A stretch of DNA of 64,000 bases from a virus (lineage: Duplodnaviria; Heunggongvirae; Uroviricota; Caudoviricetes): IMG/VR virus record IMGVR_UViG_3300010163_000008, positions 1 through 64,000 of that record; one strand, written 5' to 3'. Below are positions 29,593 to 39,516 of the stretch, piece by piece (within the stretch, counting starts at the first letter, position 1; the number at the start of each line of letters is the position of its first letter). Made by a program: the position numbers and the translations under genes. Under the pieces are notes generated by a model. The model was given only the letters and a program-made list of their open reading frames with translations. It searched no databases and was not told where the DNA came from.

Positions 29593-30129
29593 ATGCAAAA
29601 CTTTTTTCTTATTGTAGGTAAATCTGGTTCTGGCAAAGATACTTTAGTAAATAGTATGACATCTCATGGATTTAATAAACTCATATCATATACTACCAGA
29701 AACAGACGCAAGAATGAGAAGGACGCACATATTTTTGTAACAGATGAACAATTTGACGAGTTACAAGATACTATGGTGGCTTTCACTAACTTCAATGGAC
29801 ATAGATATTGTGCTACACAGAATCAAGTTGAAAATGCTGATATGTTCATTACTGACCCTGATGGTATAGAATATTTTCATGACCATTATGAAGGGGATAA
29901 AAACCCTATTGTTGTTTACATTGATGTTCCATGGTTCAAACGTTTTGCACGTATGATAAAACGTGGAGATAGTATCACACAAGCAGTAAGTAGGATAATC
30001 AATGATTGCAAAGCTTTTTCCTTAATGAATGGATTAAGACTATTTCATGAATATCCTGTGTTTCATATTCATAATGATAGCTTTGCTAAAGCTATAGCGC
30101 AATTATATAATTTAATGGTGCATTATTAA
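29593..30129 (+). CDS. guanylate-kinase-like P-loop (d)NMP kinase
   Basis: LIVGKSGSGKDTL P-loop and SYTTR(N)RR motif typical of guanylate kinases. Confidence 0.5.
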   Translation: MQNFFLIVGKSGSGKDTLVNSMTSHGFNKLISYTTRNRRKNEKDAHIFVTDEQFDELQDTMVAFTNFNGHRYCATQNQVENADMFITDPDGIEYFHDHYEGDKNPIVVYIDVPWFKRFARMIKRGDSITQAVSRIINDCKAFSLMNGLRLFHEYPVFHIHNDSFAKAIAQLYNLMVHY

Positions 30130-30204
30130 TAAGAGGTGATTATATGCAAGGAAATACAAAAGAGATTGAGATTGAAATAAAGATACCAACTAAGAGGTGA
30201 TGTT

Positions 30205-30525
30205 ATGGAGGTGACTATAAATACTAACAAGCTCAAGATTGAATTTGATAAATCTGAGCTTATTAGTATGTTTAAGAATCACGAGGCGAACTATTTGAAC
30301 TACATAAGGCGTGGTAAACGTGAAGCGTTCTTTGAAGCGATTGCTAAAATGCTACAAGACGAAAACTTCTATCCAACCTATCATAGATATGAAGGGATGA
30401 ACCCTCTTGTATCTATGATTAATGAAATTATTGATGAAATGATTGTTGGTGATGAATATGGTATGATAATCGGTGATAAAAGAGAAAGTGGTGATGACCA
30501 AGGTGAAGCTGACACCTCCCCGTAG
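30205..30525 (+). CDS. hypothetical protein
   Basis: ORF. Confidence 0.25.
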   Translation: MEVTINTNKLKIEFDKSELISMFKNHEANYLNYIRRGKREAFFEAIAKMLQDENFYPTYHRYEGMNPLVSMINEIIDEMIVGDEYGMIIGDKRESGDDQGEADTSP

Positions 30526-30699
30526 TTATTAGAAACATACCCTCATAAATAGTCGTAGAAGCCCTGTAGCCCCGTCATACCTGTATCTGATATTTTATAT
30601 TATCGCGTTGCTAAAGTCGTTTTAAACGGCTCTGAGCGGCTTACAGGGGCATGTATGAATATCTAAGAGTAATGATAAACAAAAAAACAGAAAACGGCA

Positions 30700-30737
30700 A
30701 AAAATTAGGGAAGTCTGTGCGCTTCCCTAATTTTTTA
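30700..30737. terminator. bidirectional rho-independent terminator between convergent arms
   Basis: hairpin agggaag-tctgtgcg-cttccct flanked by A-run on 5' side and T-run (30731-30736) on 3' side. Confidence 0.65.
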
Positions 30738-30744
30738 TATTTAT

Positions 30745-32241
30745 TTACCCAATTACAATAACAGTAACAGAACTACTTGCAGGTGCAGTATCAAATGTTA
30801 TTGTGGCTTGTGTTGTACTAGTAAGTGTATAATTGAGCCATAAGTTCCTGCCACTTGAATCTACAGCGGTGATTTGTACATACTTATTACCTATTCCATG
30901 AGTAATAGTAAATGTTTTAGTTGAACCATCACCAATTGTAGTTGTATATTTAATAGGAGCTTTATTAAGCTTAGTTACCTGAGTAGTAGTCATATAACCA
31001 TTAACACTAGTTGTGGCGGCAGGTATACTCAAGGTAGTACCACTAAATGATAATGGTGAGCTAATGGTACGTATGTCCTTCATATTGGTAAGTTTAGTTT
31101 TATCCGTACTTGACATTAGACCATTGGCGCTCGTAGTAGCCGTTGCTGTAGATGCTTTATTATTCCAAGTACTCTTTTCGGTGTCTGTTACAAAACGATG
31201 GCTAGCGTCCTGAGTAATCATTGTAGCAGCGTGTGAGCTTGGGTGTGTATAATTGTTAGCATTTGCCGCAACTCCATCTAGTTTAACTTTATCAGCGGCG
31301 CTCATAAGACCATTATCTTTATCAGTAACTACCGCATATGTAGTATTAGTAGTAGGTGGAGTATAACCAAGTGCATTAGTCACATCCTCCTTGGTTAATT
31401 CACTACGGATAGTGGCAGAGCTTTTATTCTCTACATTACCTAGACCCACTTGTGACTTAGTAACCGAATGAGGATTAGCTGTATCAGAAGTGTGTGCTGT
31501 AAGGTCAGATGCTTTAGCTTTAGTGCCGACAGCTTCATTTAATGCTTCTACTACAGTTTCATTGGTTTTAATAGCTGTAGCAATTTCACCGAGAGTGTCA
31601 AGTGTTTCGGGAGCACTGTTTATTAAATCAGCAATTTTAGTATCAGTATAAGACTTAGCAGAACCTAATGCAGTACTAATATTTGTATCTGATTCTGCTT
31701 TAGTATATGAGCCTACTTGTGCTGCGGTGACAGAGTGAGGGTTTTCTGTATTGTTTTTATGTGTCTTAATATTTAAATCAATGCTATAAACAATACTATT
31801 AGTTACGGGGTTTGTGCTATCTTTGTCTAATACTTCATCAACTATAATCTTATTAGCACCAACGTCAACTCCATCGAGTTTGTCTTTATCCTCTTTACTC
31901 ATTAAACCATTAACCGCTTTTGTAGCAGTATCGGCAGTAGGTGGTGTATACCCAAGTGCAGTAGATATATTTTCTGCCGTTATTTCACTTCTAATTGTTG
32001 CAGATGATTTATCTTCTACATTACCAAGCCCCACTTGCGCTTTAGTTACAGCGTGGGGGTTTGTAGTGCTGTCAGTGTGTGCATTAAAATCAGTAGTATT
32101 GGTTTTTTTATCAAGTGCCGCCTGTTGTGCAGTACTAACTGGTTTATCCATATCAGACGTATTATCTACATTAGGTAAACCAATTTGTTCCTTAGAAACA
32201 TCATCGAGAAATGCAATACGTTTTCTGCTTCCAGTAGCCAT
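30745..32241 (-). CDS. tail fibre protein (paralog family; shares C-terminal about 130 aa with 35399 ORF)
   Basis: internal duplication NPHAVTKAQVGLGNVEDKSSATIRSE; recurring GLMSxxDKxKLDG motif; C-terminus homologous to the C-terminus of the 1341-aa fibre. Confidence 0.55.
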   Translation of the reverse strand: MATGSRKRIAFLDDVSKEQIGLPNVDNTSDMDKPVSTAQQAALDKKTNTTDFNAHTDSTTNPHAVTKAQVGLGNVEDKSSATIRSEITAENISTALGYTPPTADTATKAVNGLMSKEDKDKLDGVDVGANKIIVDEVLDKDSTNPVTNSIVYSIDLNIKTHKNNTENPHSVTAAQVGSYTKAESDTNISTALGSAKSYTDTKIADLINSAPETLDTLGEIATAIKTNETVVEALNEAVGTKAKASDLTAHTSDTANPHSVTKSQVGLGNVENKSSATIRSELTKEDVTNALGYTPPTTNTTYAVVTDKDNGLMSAADKVKLDGVAANANNYTHPSSHAATMITQDASHRFVTDTEKSTWNNKASTATATTSANGLMSSTDKTKLTNMKDIRTISSPLSFSGTTLSIPAATTSVNGYMTTTQVTKLNKAPIKYTTTIGDGSTKTFTITHGIGNKYVQITAVDSSGRNLWLNYTLTSTTQATITFDTAPASSSVTVIVIG

Positions 32242-32244
32242 AAT

Positions 32245-32796
32245 TTACGATACCTCCTGTAAGAATAATTCGCCATTGTCGAGGACTAATTGATATGAAG
32301 TGCCAAGAGCACCATCAGTTAGTGTGGGGACAATAGGTTCTGATAAGTCTGGTGCTTCCACTAGTTCAAGTGCGCCATTCGTTACTGATAATAGATATTT
32401 TTTATTGGTGCTTTCATCTTGTAATACAATACTACCGTCATTGTGGTATGTAGTACTTAACCAATCCTTTTCCTCTTGAGTTAAGTGAATATTTTCATTA
32501 TTAATATGCTCATCCAGATTGGTTTTGTCCGTCTTACTCATTAGACCATCAGTAGCAGTAGTTGCGTTATTTATAGACAATGTTCCATTTCCGTCTACAG
32601 TAGCAGGATATGTTACACCTTTTATATAATTGGCTTCGCCTACGATAGTACGTTTTTCACCATCGTCTAGGAGTATTTGTCCTACGTCTTTTACTACAGA
32701 TAACGCACCGTCTTCTATTGGCGTATTTTGAACGTTAGATAAATCACCTCGTTGCAACTTAATATTTGCCATATGTTTCACCTTTCTTATTCGCAT
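32245..32796 (-). CDS. small fibre-associated structural protein
   Basis: contains DGLMSKTDKTNLD motif shared with fibres. Confidence 0.35.
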   Translation of the reverse strand: MRIRKVKHMANIKLQRGDLSNVQNTPIEDGALSVVKDVGQILLDDGEKRTIVGEANYIKGVTYPATVDGNGTLSINNATTATDGLMSKTDKTNLDEHINNENIHLTQEEKDWLSTTYHNDGSIVLQDESTNKKYLLSVTNGALELVEAPDLSEPIVPTLTDGALGTSYQLVLDNGELFLQEVS

Positions 32797-32922
32797 TATT
32801 CACATAATAAGGTAGTATTATCTACATAATAACACTTTATTATGTAAATACTACTCATAATAAATGTGTAAAACAAGATAATTAAAATAAGGGGAGGGTA
32901 ATCCCTCCCCATTATTCATTAA

Positions 32923-34395
32923 TTAAAGTTCAACCCATGCAAGATTAATAGCTGCTTTCTTATCAGTAATGGCAACGTCAGTACCATTGAAGGAGATAGT
33001 TTCAATTACGTTTGCTTGAGCGCCAGTTTCTACGCCATCAATCTTAGAGAAAGTCTCTTTAGAGATGATACCGTCATGAGTATCATCAGCAGTAGCAATA
33101 GAAAGAACGCCTGTATCGCTAACAGAAAGAGCACCTTCTACAGATTTAACAACGTTTACTTCCGCACCTTCTGCAATACCATCGAGCTTAGTTTTATCCT
33201 CGGCAGACATTGTACCAGCGGCGGTAGTGGAAGCTGCACCAATTGTGAGCTTGCCATCACCATCTACAGCAAGAGCACCGTCAACGGCTTTGATATAGTT
33301 TACTTCTGCACCAGCGGCAATACCGTCAAGTTTGGTCTTGTCAGCGGCAGACATAGCACCAGCAGTACCAGCTACAGTAGCGCCACCTTCACCAGTGGTA
33401 TCAGCAGTAGCAGTAGCTAGAGCAATCTTATTGTCAGTAACAGAAAGACCATTCTTAGCGTCTACATTAACACTGATTTCATTTGTGTCGCTAACAGTGA
33501 TAGCAGTACCAGCAGTGTAAACGTCTACAAGGTCAGTAACATTAAGGTAGATGTGGGATTCATTACCAGTACCATCTACGCTATTGATAACAAAATCAAT
33601 ATACTTCTGACCAGCAGTGAAACCAGCAGGAGTGCCGTCAGCCGCGCAAGTGTTAATGGTTGCGGACTTTACAAGATAGTCCTTCGGAATGTTGATTTTA
33701 TCGCCTACAGCAGTATCATCTTTGTAAAGCTGATATGTAGCGATAAAGCCATCTTCCGCTGTAGTTTCTTTCTTAACAGTATATTCAGCGGCAGTAGGAA
33801 TAGTAACGATTAGACCATTTTCATCTAGCTTAAGAGCATTGCCTTCTGTAGTGCTAATAGTAACACCAACAGTAGGCTCTGTAGCAGTGCCACCAACAGT
33901 AACAGACTTGTCAGCGGCAGTAACACTAGCTACCTTAGAATCAGCAAGAGCCTTTACACCGTATACAGTAGCCTTATCAGAAGTGTCAGCCTCTTCACCA
34001 AGTACCTTAGCGGCTTCGCCAGCAGCGTCAAAATCTTCTACAGCCTTAAAAGCAGCAGTACCAAGACCAGCAACAGCTACCTCTGTACCATTGACTTTGA
34101 GAGTACCATTGGTTTCACCAGTCTCAATAGTAGACTGAGCGTTAACCTGAGTCCATTTAGTTCCATCGCTGATAGCAAGGATATTAGAACCAGTTACATA
34201 ATAGAATTTATTAGCAATGGCGCTAGCAACAGCAGGAAGAGAATCTACGTGGATAACTTCTGCAATCTCGATACGGGAATCGCTATTGTCAAGGAATAGC
34301 TGTTTAGAGTCAGTTGCAAAGAGTAGCTGACCGTTGGCTACGGTTCTAGCGTTTACCTTATCAAGAGTACCACATAGAAAAGTAATGTTAGCCAT
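32923..34395 (-). CDS. tail fibre protein (N-terminus homologous to 35399 ORF)
   Basis: N-terminal LLFATDSKQLFLD ... KFYYV ... ILAI.DG.KW.Q.NAQ shared with the 1341-aa fibre; several AADKTKLDGIAxGAEVN repeats. Confidence 0.55.
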   Translation of the reverse strand: MANITFLCGTLDKVNARTVANGQLLFATDSKQLFLDNSDSRIEIAEVIHVDSLPAVASAIANKFYYVTGSNILAISDGTKWTQVNAQSTIETGETNGTLKVNGTEVAVAGLGTAAFKAVEDFDAAGEAAKVLGEEADTSDKATVYGVKALADSKVASVTAADKSVTVGGTATEPTVGVTISTTEGNALKLDENGLIVTIPTAAEYTVKKETTAEDGFIATYQLYKDDTAVGDKINIPKDYLVKSATINTCAADGTPAGFTAGQKYIDFVINSVDGTGNESHIYLNVTDLVDVYTAGTAITVSDTNEISVNVDAKNGLSVTDNKIALATATADTTGEGGATVAGTAGAMSAADKTKLDGIAAGAEVNYIKAVDGALAVDGDGKLTIGAASTTAAGTMSAEDKTKLDGIAEGAEVNVVKSVEGALSVSDTGVLSIATADDTHDGIISKETFSKIDGVETGAQANVIETISFNGTDVAITDKKAAINLAWVEL

Positions 34396-34437
34396 AATTT
34401 TACCTCCAAGTAATTATATATAATAACAAAATTATTA

Positions 34438-35388
34438 TTAACTATGTTTAATTTTTGCTAGTTTATTAGTTGAATCATAATCAACTATATAACCAGCTTG
34501 AACGAAATCGCGTAATCTTATATAATTTTCACCTTTATACATGATTGAGGTAACTGTATACCTCTTATCATCTATTGATATTTCCTTTGTAGATAAAGTA
34601 TATTCTTTAGCATTTGTATTGGTAGGCGTTGACGGTTGAGGCGCAGGTTTTATATCTTCTACAAGATAATCGCCAGATACATAACCGCTTAACCCATCTA
34701 CATAAACCTTATACCAACCACTATTCTTACTGTAGATATATACTTTTGTGCCATTTCCAAGAGTAGTAATTACTCCGCAAGAAGTGTTTGGTTGAGTACG
34801 TAGATTTACACAAGTAGTACATTTAATATGACCTGTAGACATTTTACTTATATCTACATTAGTACTTATAGTGTTAGTAGTTAGTTTCGCTTTAAAGTTA
34901 TTCCAATTAGCGTTGTTATTCCCTGTAAAACCACCGGGACAAGATTTTGAGGTAACATCCCAATGGCGAATAACCCTACTAGCTGGAATATTGTATTTAT
35001 TCATAAGAGTTTTTGTTAGCTCAATCGCATTATTAACAGTGCCTTGCCTAATATTACCGTTTTTATCATTGAGACACATTTCAATACCAATACTATTACT
35101 ATTGGTGCACTTCTGATAAAAGGAAGCCCCGCCACTACCTTGTAGACCTCCACCACAATGCCAAGCTGTATCAGTGTCCTTTACAGATTGCCATACATTA
35201 GATTCATCTACAAAGTAGTGAGCAGAAGCGTTTAGTCCACCTTCACGAGCAAAATAGTCTGCATTATTCTTTGCCGTGTCTCCGCGATTGGCTGTGTAAT
35301 GAATAACAATATATTGAATAGATGCTAAACGTCCAGCACGATAGTTACGTGAATTGCATTGCTTAAAATTAATATTCATCACAACCAC
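34438..35388 (-). CDS. endolysin: N-acetylmuramoyl-L-alanine amidase (Amidase_2/PGRP) + SH3-like + C-terminal wall-binding module
   Basis: YIVIHYTAN ... AHYFVD ... WHCGG amidase_2 motifs; C-terminal KEYTLSTKEISIDDKRYTVTSIMYKGENYIRLRDF shared with the 44721 lysin. Confidence 0.75.
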   Translation of the reverse strand: MVVMNINFKQCNSRNYRAGRLASIQYIVIHYTANRGDTAKNNADYFAREGGLNASAHYFVDESNVWQSVKDTDTAWHCGGGLQGSGGASFYQKCTNSNSIGIEMCLNDKNGNIRQGTVNNAIELTKTLMNKYNIPASRVIRHWDVTSKSCPGGFTGNNNANWNNFKAKLTTNTISTNVDISKMSTGHIKCTTCVNLRTQPNTSCGVITTLGNGTKVYIYSKNSGWYKVYVDGLSGYVSGDYLVEDIKPAPQPSTPTNTNAKEYTLSTKEISIDDKRYTVTSIMYKGENYIRLRDFVQAGYIVDYDSTNKLAKIKHS

Positions 35389-35398
35389 CTTATTTATA

Positions 35399-38300
35399 TT
35401 AACCGATTATAACAACAGTGATAGAGTTATATGCTGGTGCACTATTGAATGTAATTTGTACCTGAGTGGAGTTGAGTATTTTATAGTTGAGCCATACTCC
35501 TTCACCCAAGTTATTAAATGCACTAACCATAACATGAGGTTGATTAAGATTATGAGTAAGTGTAAAAGTTGTAGTAGAACCATTACCTATAGTTGTAGAA
35601 TACTTTTGCACTTTGCTACTAGCTAAATTATCAAGCGCTTTCTTATCAGCAGCGCTCATAGCACCAGCGGCAGATTGAGTAGCTAACGTCATTCCAAGTG
35701 AATGGTCTGCATTAACAGCAAGTCCATTGCCGGGTGTATATAAAAAGCTAAGTTCATTGTTAGTGCCTAATGATAAACACTCTTGCTTAACACTAAATGG
35801 AATGGAGGCTTGTTTATTATTAATAGGTATTGTTTTACCAGCGAATGATATATTCTCAAGTACATTAACCTGAGCACCAGCGGCTATGCCATCTAACTTT
35901 GTAGCTTGAGTAGAAGTCATGTAGCCGTTAGCGCTTGAAGTTGCCGCAGGCATACTTAGTGTATTACCACTAAATGAAAGCGGAGCACTTACTGTATAAA
36001 TTGGCTTTAAGTTGTCAATTTTAGTCTTGTCTCCGCTACTCATTGCGCCACTTTCAGTCTGAGACGCAAGAGCTAAACCTAAATGCCCAGAAGCATTCAT
36101 GCTTAAACCATTGCCGGGAACGTACTGGAATGAAATCTCATTATTATCACCTAGTGCTAAACCATTAGAATTGACACTAAGCGGTATAGTAGCTTTCTTT
36201 CCAGATATTTCAGCATTAGTATTACCCACTTGAATGCTCTCAATTATATTAACTTGTGCGCCTGCTTCAATGCCTTCAAGTTTTTTAGCATAAGCGGCTG
36301 TCATATAACCGTCTGTGCCATGTTCAGACGTGCCCTCTGACGCAGGCATAGTCAACACTTTGTTCTCTGTAAGTTTAACAGCACCAGTAGCAATGTCGGG
36401 GGCATATGCTTTATCTATATCAGTAAGAGATGCATCTTTGTCTGACAGAATTTGGAAAGGATGAGCGATAGCGTTAATATCCATCTGCCCCATAATCTTA
36501 GTCTTATCAGCACCGCTTAATGCACCATTAGTAGCTGCTTGCCCTTCTTTAGTAGGTTTAGCTAAGGATAACGCGAACTGCCCATCAGCATTATATTCAA
36601 TGCCATTACCGGGTACAAGCTTAAGCCCTATCTCGTTATTATCTCCGAGAGATAAGCCTTGATTACTAACACTAAAGGTTAAATCAATATTCTTATCTGG
36701 GTCAATAGTACCAGCTACGCCATTCAAAGAAGCGCTTTCAATAATGTTAACTTGAGAGCCATCCTCAATCTTAGCAAGTTTGTCCTTTTCGGAATATGTA
36801 ATAGCACCGTTACGATTTTTGGTTACATCAGCAACTTGCAATGCGAATTGCCCTTCTGAGTTGTACTCAATACCGTTACCGGGAACTAATTTTAGACTAA
36901 TCTCGTTATTATCACCAATTGCAAGACCCTGCTTATTAACAGTGAGAGGAATATCTACAGTCTTAGTTTCGGCGTTTAATGGAGCTTCTACACCATTAAG
37001 AGTAATATGTTCAATGTCGTTGACTTGAGAGCCATCTTCAATACCATCTAATTTAGTTTTATCAGCCATTGACATAGCGCCATTACGTGTAGTTGGAGTA
37101 ACTAGCTGTAAACCAAATTGTCCATTAGCATTATACTCAAGCCCATTGCCGGGTACTAATTTAAGACCAATTTCATTATCCTCACCAAGTGATAATCCTT
37201 GATTGTTTACACTAAATGTAAGATTTGCATTTTTATTTTCGTCAATAGTGCAAGCTACTCCATTTAATGAAGTACTTTCAATGATGTTGACTTGTGCAGT
37301 TGCTTCTATGTTATTTAATTTGTCTTTCTCGCTAAATGTAAATGCACCATTACGTTTCTTATCTACATCGGCAGTTTGTAAAGTAAACTGCCCCTGAGCA
37401 TTATATTCAATACCATTACCGGGAACTAACTTTAATCCTATTTCATTGTTATCACCAAGAGATAAGCCTTGATTATTTACGCTAAAAGTTAGATTAGCGT
37501 TTTTATTTTCATCTATAGTACAAGGAACTCCATTAAGAGAGGTGCTTTCGATGATATTAACTTGTGACCCTTCTTCAATGGTATCTAATTTAGCTTTATC
37601 ACTAAACGTCATAGCACCGTGGGTCTTTTTAGTAGCATTAACAATCTGCATACCAAATTGCCCAGAGGCGTTATATTCGATACCGTTGCCCGGTACAAGT
37701 TTAAGCCCTATCTCATTATCGTCACCTAAAGAAAGACCTCTATCATTAACACTGAATATTAAATTAACATTTTTATTTTCGTCAATGACACCTGCAACGC
37801 CATTAAGTGAAGCACCTTCAACAATATTAACTTGTGAGCCGCCTTCAATAGCATCAACTTTAGCTTTATCTTCTGCACTCATAGCACCGTTAGAAGTTGG
37901 AGTGGCTAAATCAAGAGCAATATTGCCCATATCATCAAAGTGAATACCATTTTCCTCTTTAAGAAGGATAGTAACATTGTTTTCATCAATGCTAATACCA
38001 TCACCGGGCATGGGTAATTCACAATATATATGAATTTCATTAGACGTTTGTAGATAGTTCTGTACAGTAATGTCAAGATAGGGTTTGCCTTTCTCAATTC
38101 TACCAACTCTACCATTACCAATAGCGAATACTACATTAGAAATAACGTAGTCGTCTGGTATATTAATTGGGTCGCCAAGAGCCACATTATCTTCATAAAG
38201 AACATATGTAGCTGAATAACCTAGATTAGGTAGGCGTTGTTTGAGTAAGGTGTACTCCTTATTGACTTGTGCTCCGGTTTCAATACCGTCTAGCTTTTTC

Positions 38301-39424
38301 TTATCTACAGCAAGCATAGCACCATTGGCTTCTTGCGTTACCTCGTTCATGACTAGCTTGTCATTTTTAAAATCAAAGCCGTTTCCCGGTTCTATATTAA
38401 TGCTAACGATGTTGTTGTAGTCAATATTGATGCCGTCACCAGCTTCATAAACATCTACTAAATCATTAACATTAAGATAGACGTGTGACTCATTACCATC
38501 TTCATTTGCAGAATTGATAACAAAATCAATATATTGGTCGCCTGTCTCAAATCCGGGAGGATTATTCCTCTTCTTGCAAATTTTAAGTTCAGCATACTTG
38601 ACCAGATAATCTTTTGGTATGTTAATTTGTTCACCAACAGGATTACCGTCCTTATATAGTGAATAACTTGCTACTGAATCGTCAGCGGCTTCTGTTAACT
38701 TCTGAATAGTGTACTGTCCTGTTGAAGCTATAACATCGTTAAGACTATCAGATAGTTCACTAATCTTTTGGTCAACAGTATTGTTCACATTAGTAATTTC
38801 AGTTTTGATTGTCTTATTTACTTCTGTGACTGTATTATCAATAGTAGTGTTTAATGTAGATACGCTACTATCTATTTTCGTATTTAATGTAGATACACTA
38901 TCGTCTATCTTAGTATCGAGCCTTGAAATATCTGTATCATGTTTAACGGTAATATCTTTTACAGCTTTATCTACACGGTTTCTAACACCTAGGATAGTAT
39001 GTGCGTCTACGCTATCATCTGTACTGCCAATCATTGCACCAGCCGCACCAGCAGGGTCAAATTCATCCTTAGAAGCATAAGCGGCAGTCCCTAGTCCGTT
39101 AACTGGAATATCAATACCAGATACAGATATAGTACCGGGTACACTACCAGTAGTAATCTTTTGCTGTGCATTAATCTGTACCCACTTATATCCATCGTAA
39201 ATAGCAAGGATATTATCTCCATCTACATAATAAAGTTTGTTGACAATAACACTATCTGTTGGAAGGCTATCTACAACAAGAATATCTGTAATCTGAATAC
39301 GATTGTAACCTTGGTCTACGAATAGCTGTCTTGAATCAGTTGCGTATAATATCTGTCCATCTTTTATCGCTTCTGCCGCAATCTTATATGCTGGGCCACG
39401 AGTAAATGATACATTAGTTGCCAT
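35399..39424 (-). CDS. large tail fibre/spike protein (1341 aa) with about 8 tandem repeats of about 88 aa
   Basis: N-terminus paralogous to 32923 ORF; repeats IIESxSLNGV..TIDENKN.NLTFSVNNQGLSLGDNNEIGLKLVPGNGIEYNA.GQF ... GA.T.S.KDKL..IE.GSQVN; C-terminus paralogous to 30745 ORF. Confidence 0.6.
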   Translation of the reverse strand: MATNVSFTRGPAYKIAAEAIKDGQILYATDSRQLFVDQGYNRIQITDILVVDSLPTDSVIVNKLYYVDGDNILAIYDGYKWVQINAQQKITTGSVPGTISVSGIDIPVNGLGTAAYASKDEFDPAGAAGAMIGSTDDSVDAHTILGVRNRVDKAVKDITVKHDTDISRLDTKIDDSVSTLNTKIDSSVSTLNTTIDNTVTEVNKTIKTEITNVNNTVDQKISELSDSLNDVIASTGQYTIQKLTEAADDSVASYSLYKDGNPVGEQINIPKDYLVKYAELKICKKRNNPPGFETGDQYIDFVINSANEDGNESHVYLNVNDLVDVYEAGDGINIDYNNIVSINIEPGNGFDFKNDKLVMNEVTQEANGAMLAVDKKKLDGIETGAQVNKEYTLLKQRLPNLGYSATYVLYEDNVALGDPINIPDDYVISNVVFAIGNGRVGRIEKGKPYLDITVQNYLQTSNEIHIYCELPMPGDGISIDENNVTILLKEENGIHFDDMGNIALDLATPTSNGAMSAEDKAKVDAIEGGSQVNIVEGASLNGVAGVIDENKNVNLIFSVNDRGLSLGDDNEIGLKLVPGNGIEYNASGQFGMQIVNATKKTHGAMTFSDKAKLDTIEEGSQVNIIESTSLNGVPCTIDENKNANLTFSVNNQGLSLGDNNEIGLKLVPGNGIEYNAQGQFTLQTADVDKKRNGAFTFSEKDKLNNIEATAQVNIIESTSLNGVACTIDENKNANLTFSVNNQGLSLGEDNEIGLKLVPGNGLEYNANGQFGLQLVTPTTRNGAMSMADKTKLDGIEDGSQVNDIEHITLNGVEAPLNAETKTVDIPLTVNKQGLAIGDNNEISLKLVPGNGIEYNSEGQFALQVADVTKNRNGAITYSEKDKLAKIEDGSQVNIIESASLNGVAGTIDPDKNIDLTFSVSNQGLSLGDNNEIGLKLVPGNGIEYNADGQFALSLAKPTKEGQAATNGALSGADKTKIMGQMDINAIAHPFQILSDKDASLTDIDKAYAPDIATGAVKLTENKVLTMPASEGTSEHGTDGYMTAAYAKKLEGIEAGAQVNIIESIQVGNTNAEISGKKATIPLSVNSNGLALGDNNEISFQYVPGNGLSMNASGHLGLALASQTESGAMSSGDKTKIDNLKPIYTVSAPLSFSGNTLSMPAATSSANGYMTSTQATKLDGIAAGAQVNVLENISFAGKTIPINNKQASIPFSVKQECLSLGTNNELSFLYTPGNGLAVNADHSLGMTLATQSAAGAMSAADKKALDNLASSKVQKYSTTIGNGSTTTFTLTHNLNQPHVMVSAFNNLGEGVWLNYKILNSTQVQITFNSAPAYNSITVVIIG

Positions 39425-39516
39425 ATGCTCATCTCACCTTCTTATAACAGATATATAAAAATATAATGAGAGAGTAGACATACTACTCTCTCATTATTTT
39501 ATGTTATTGCTTTAAA

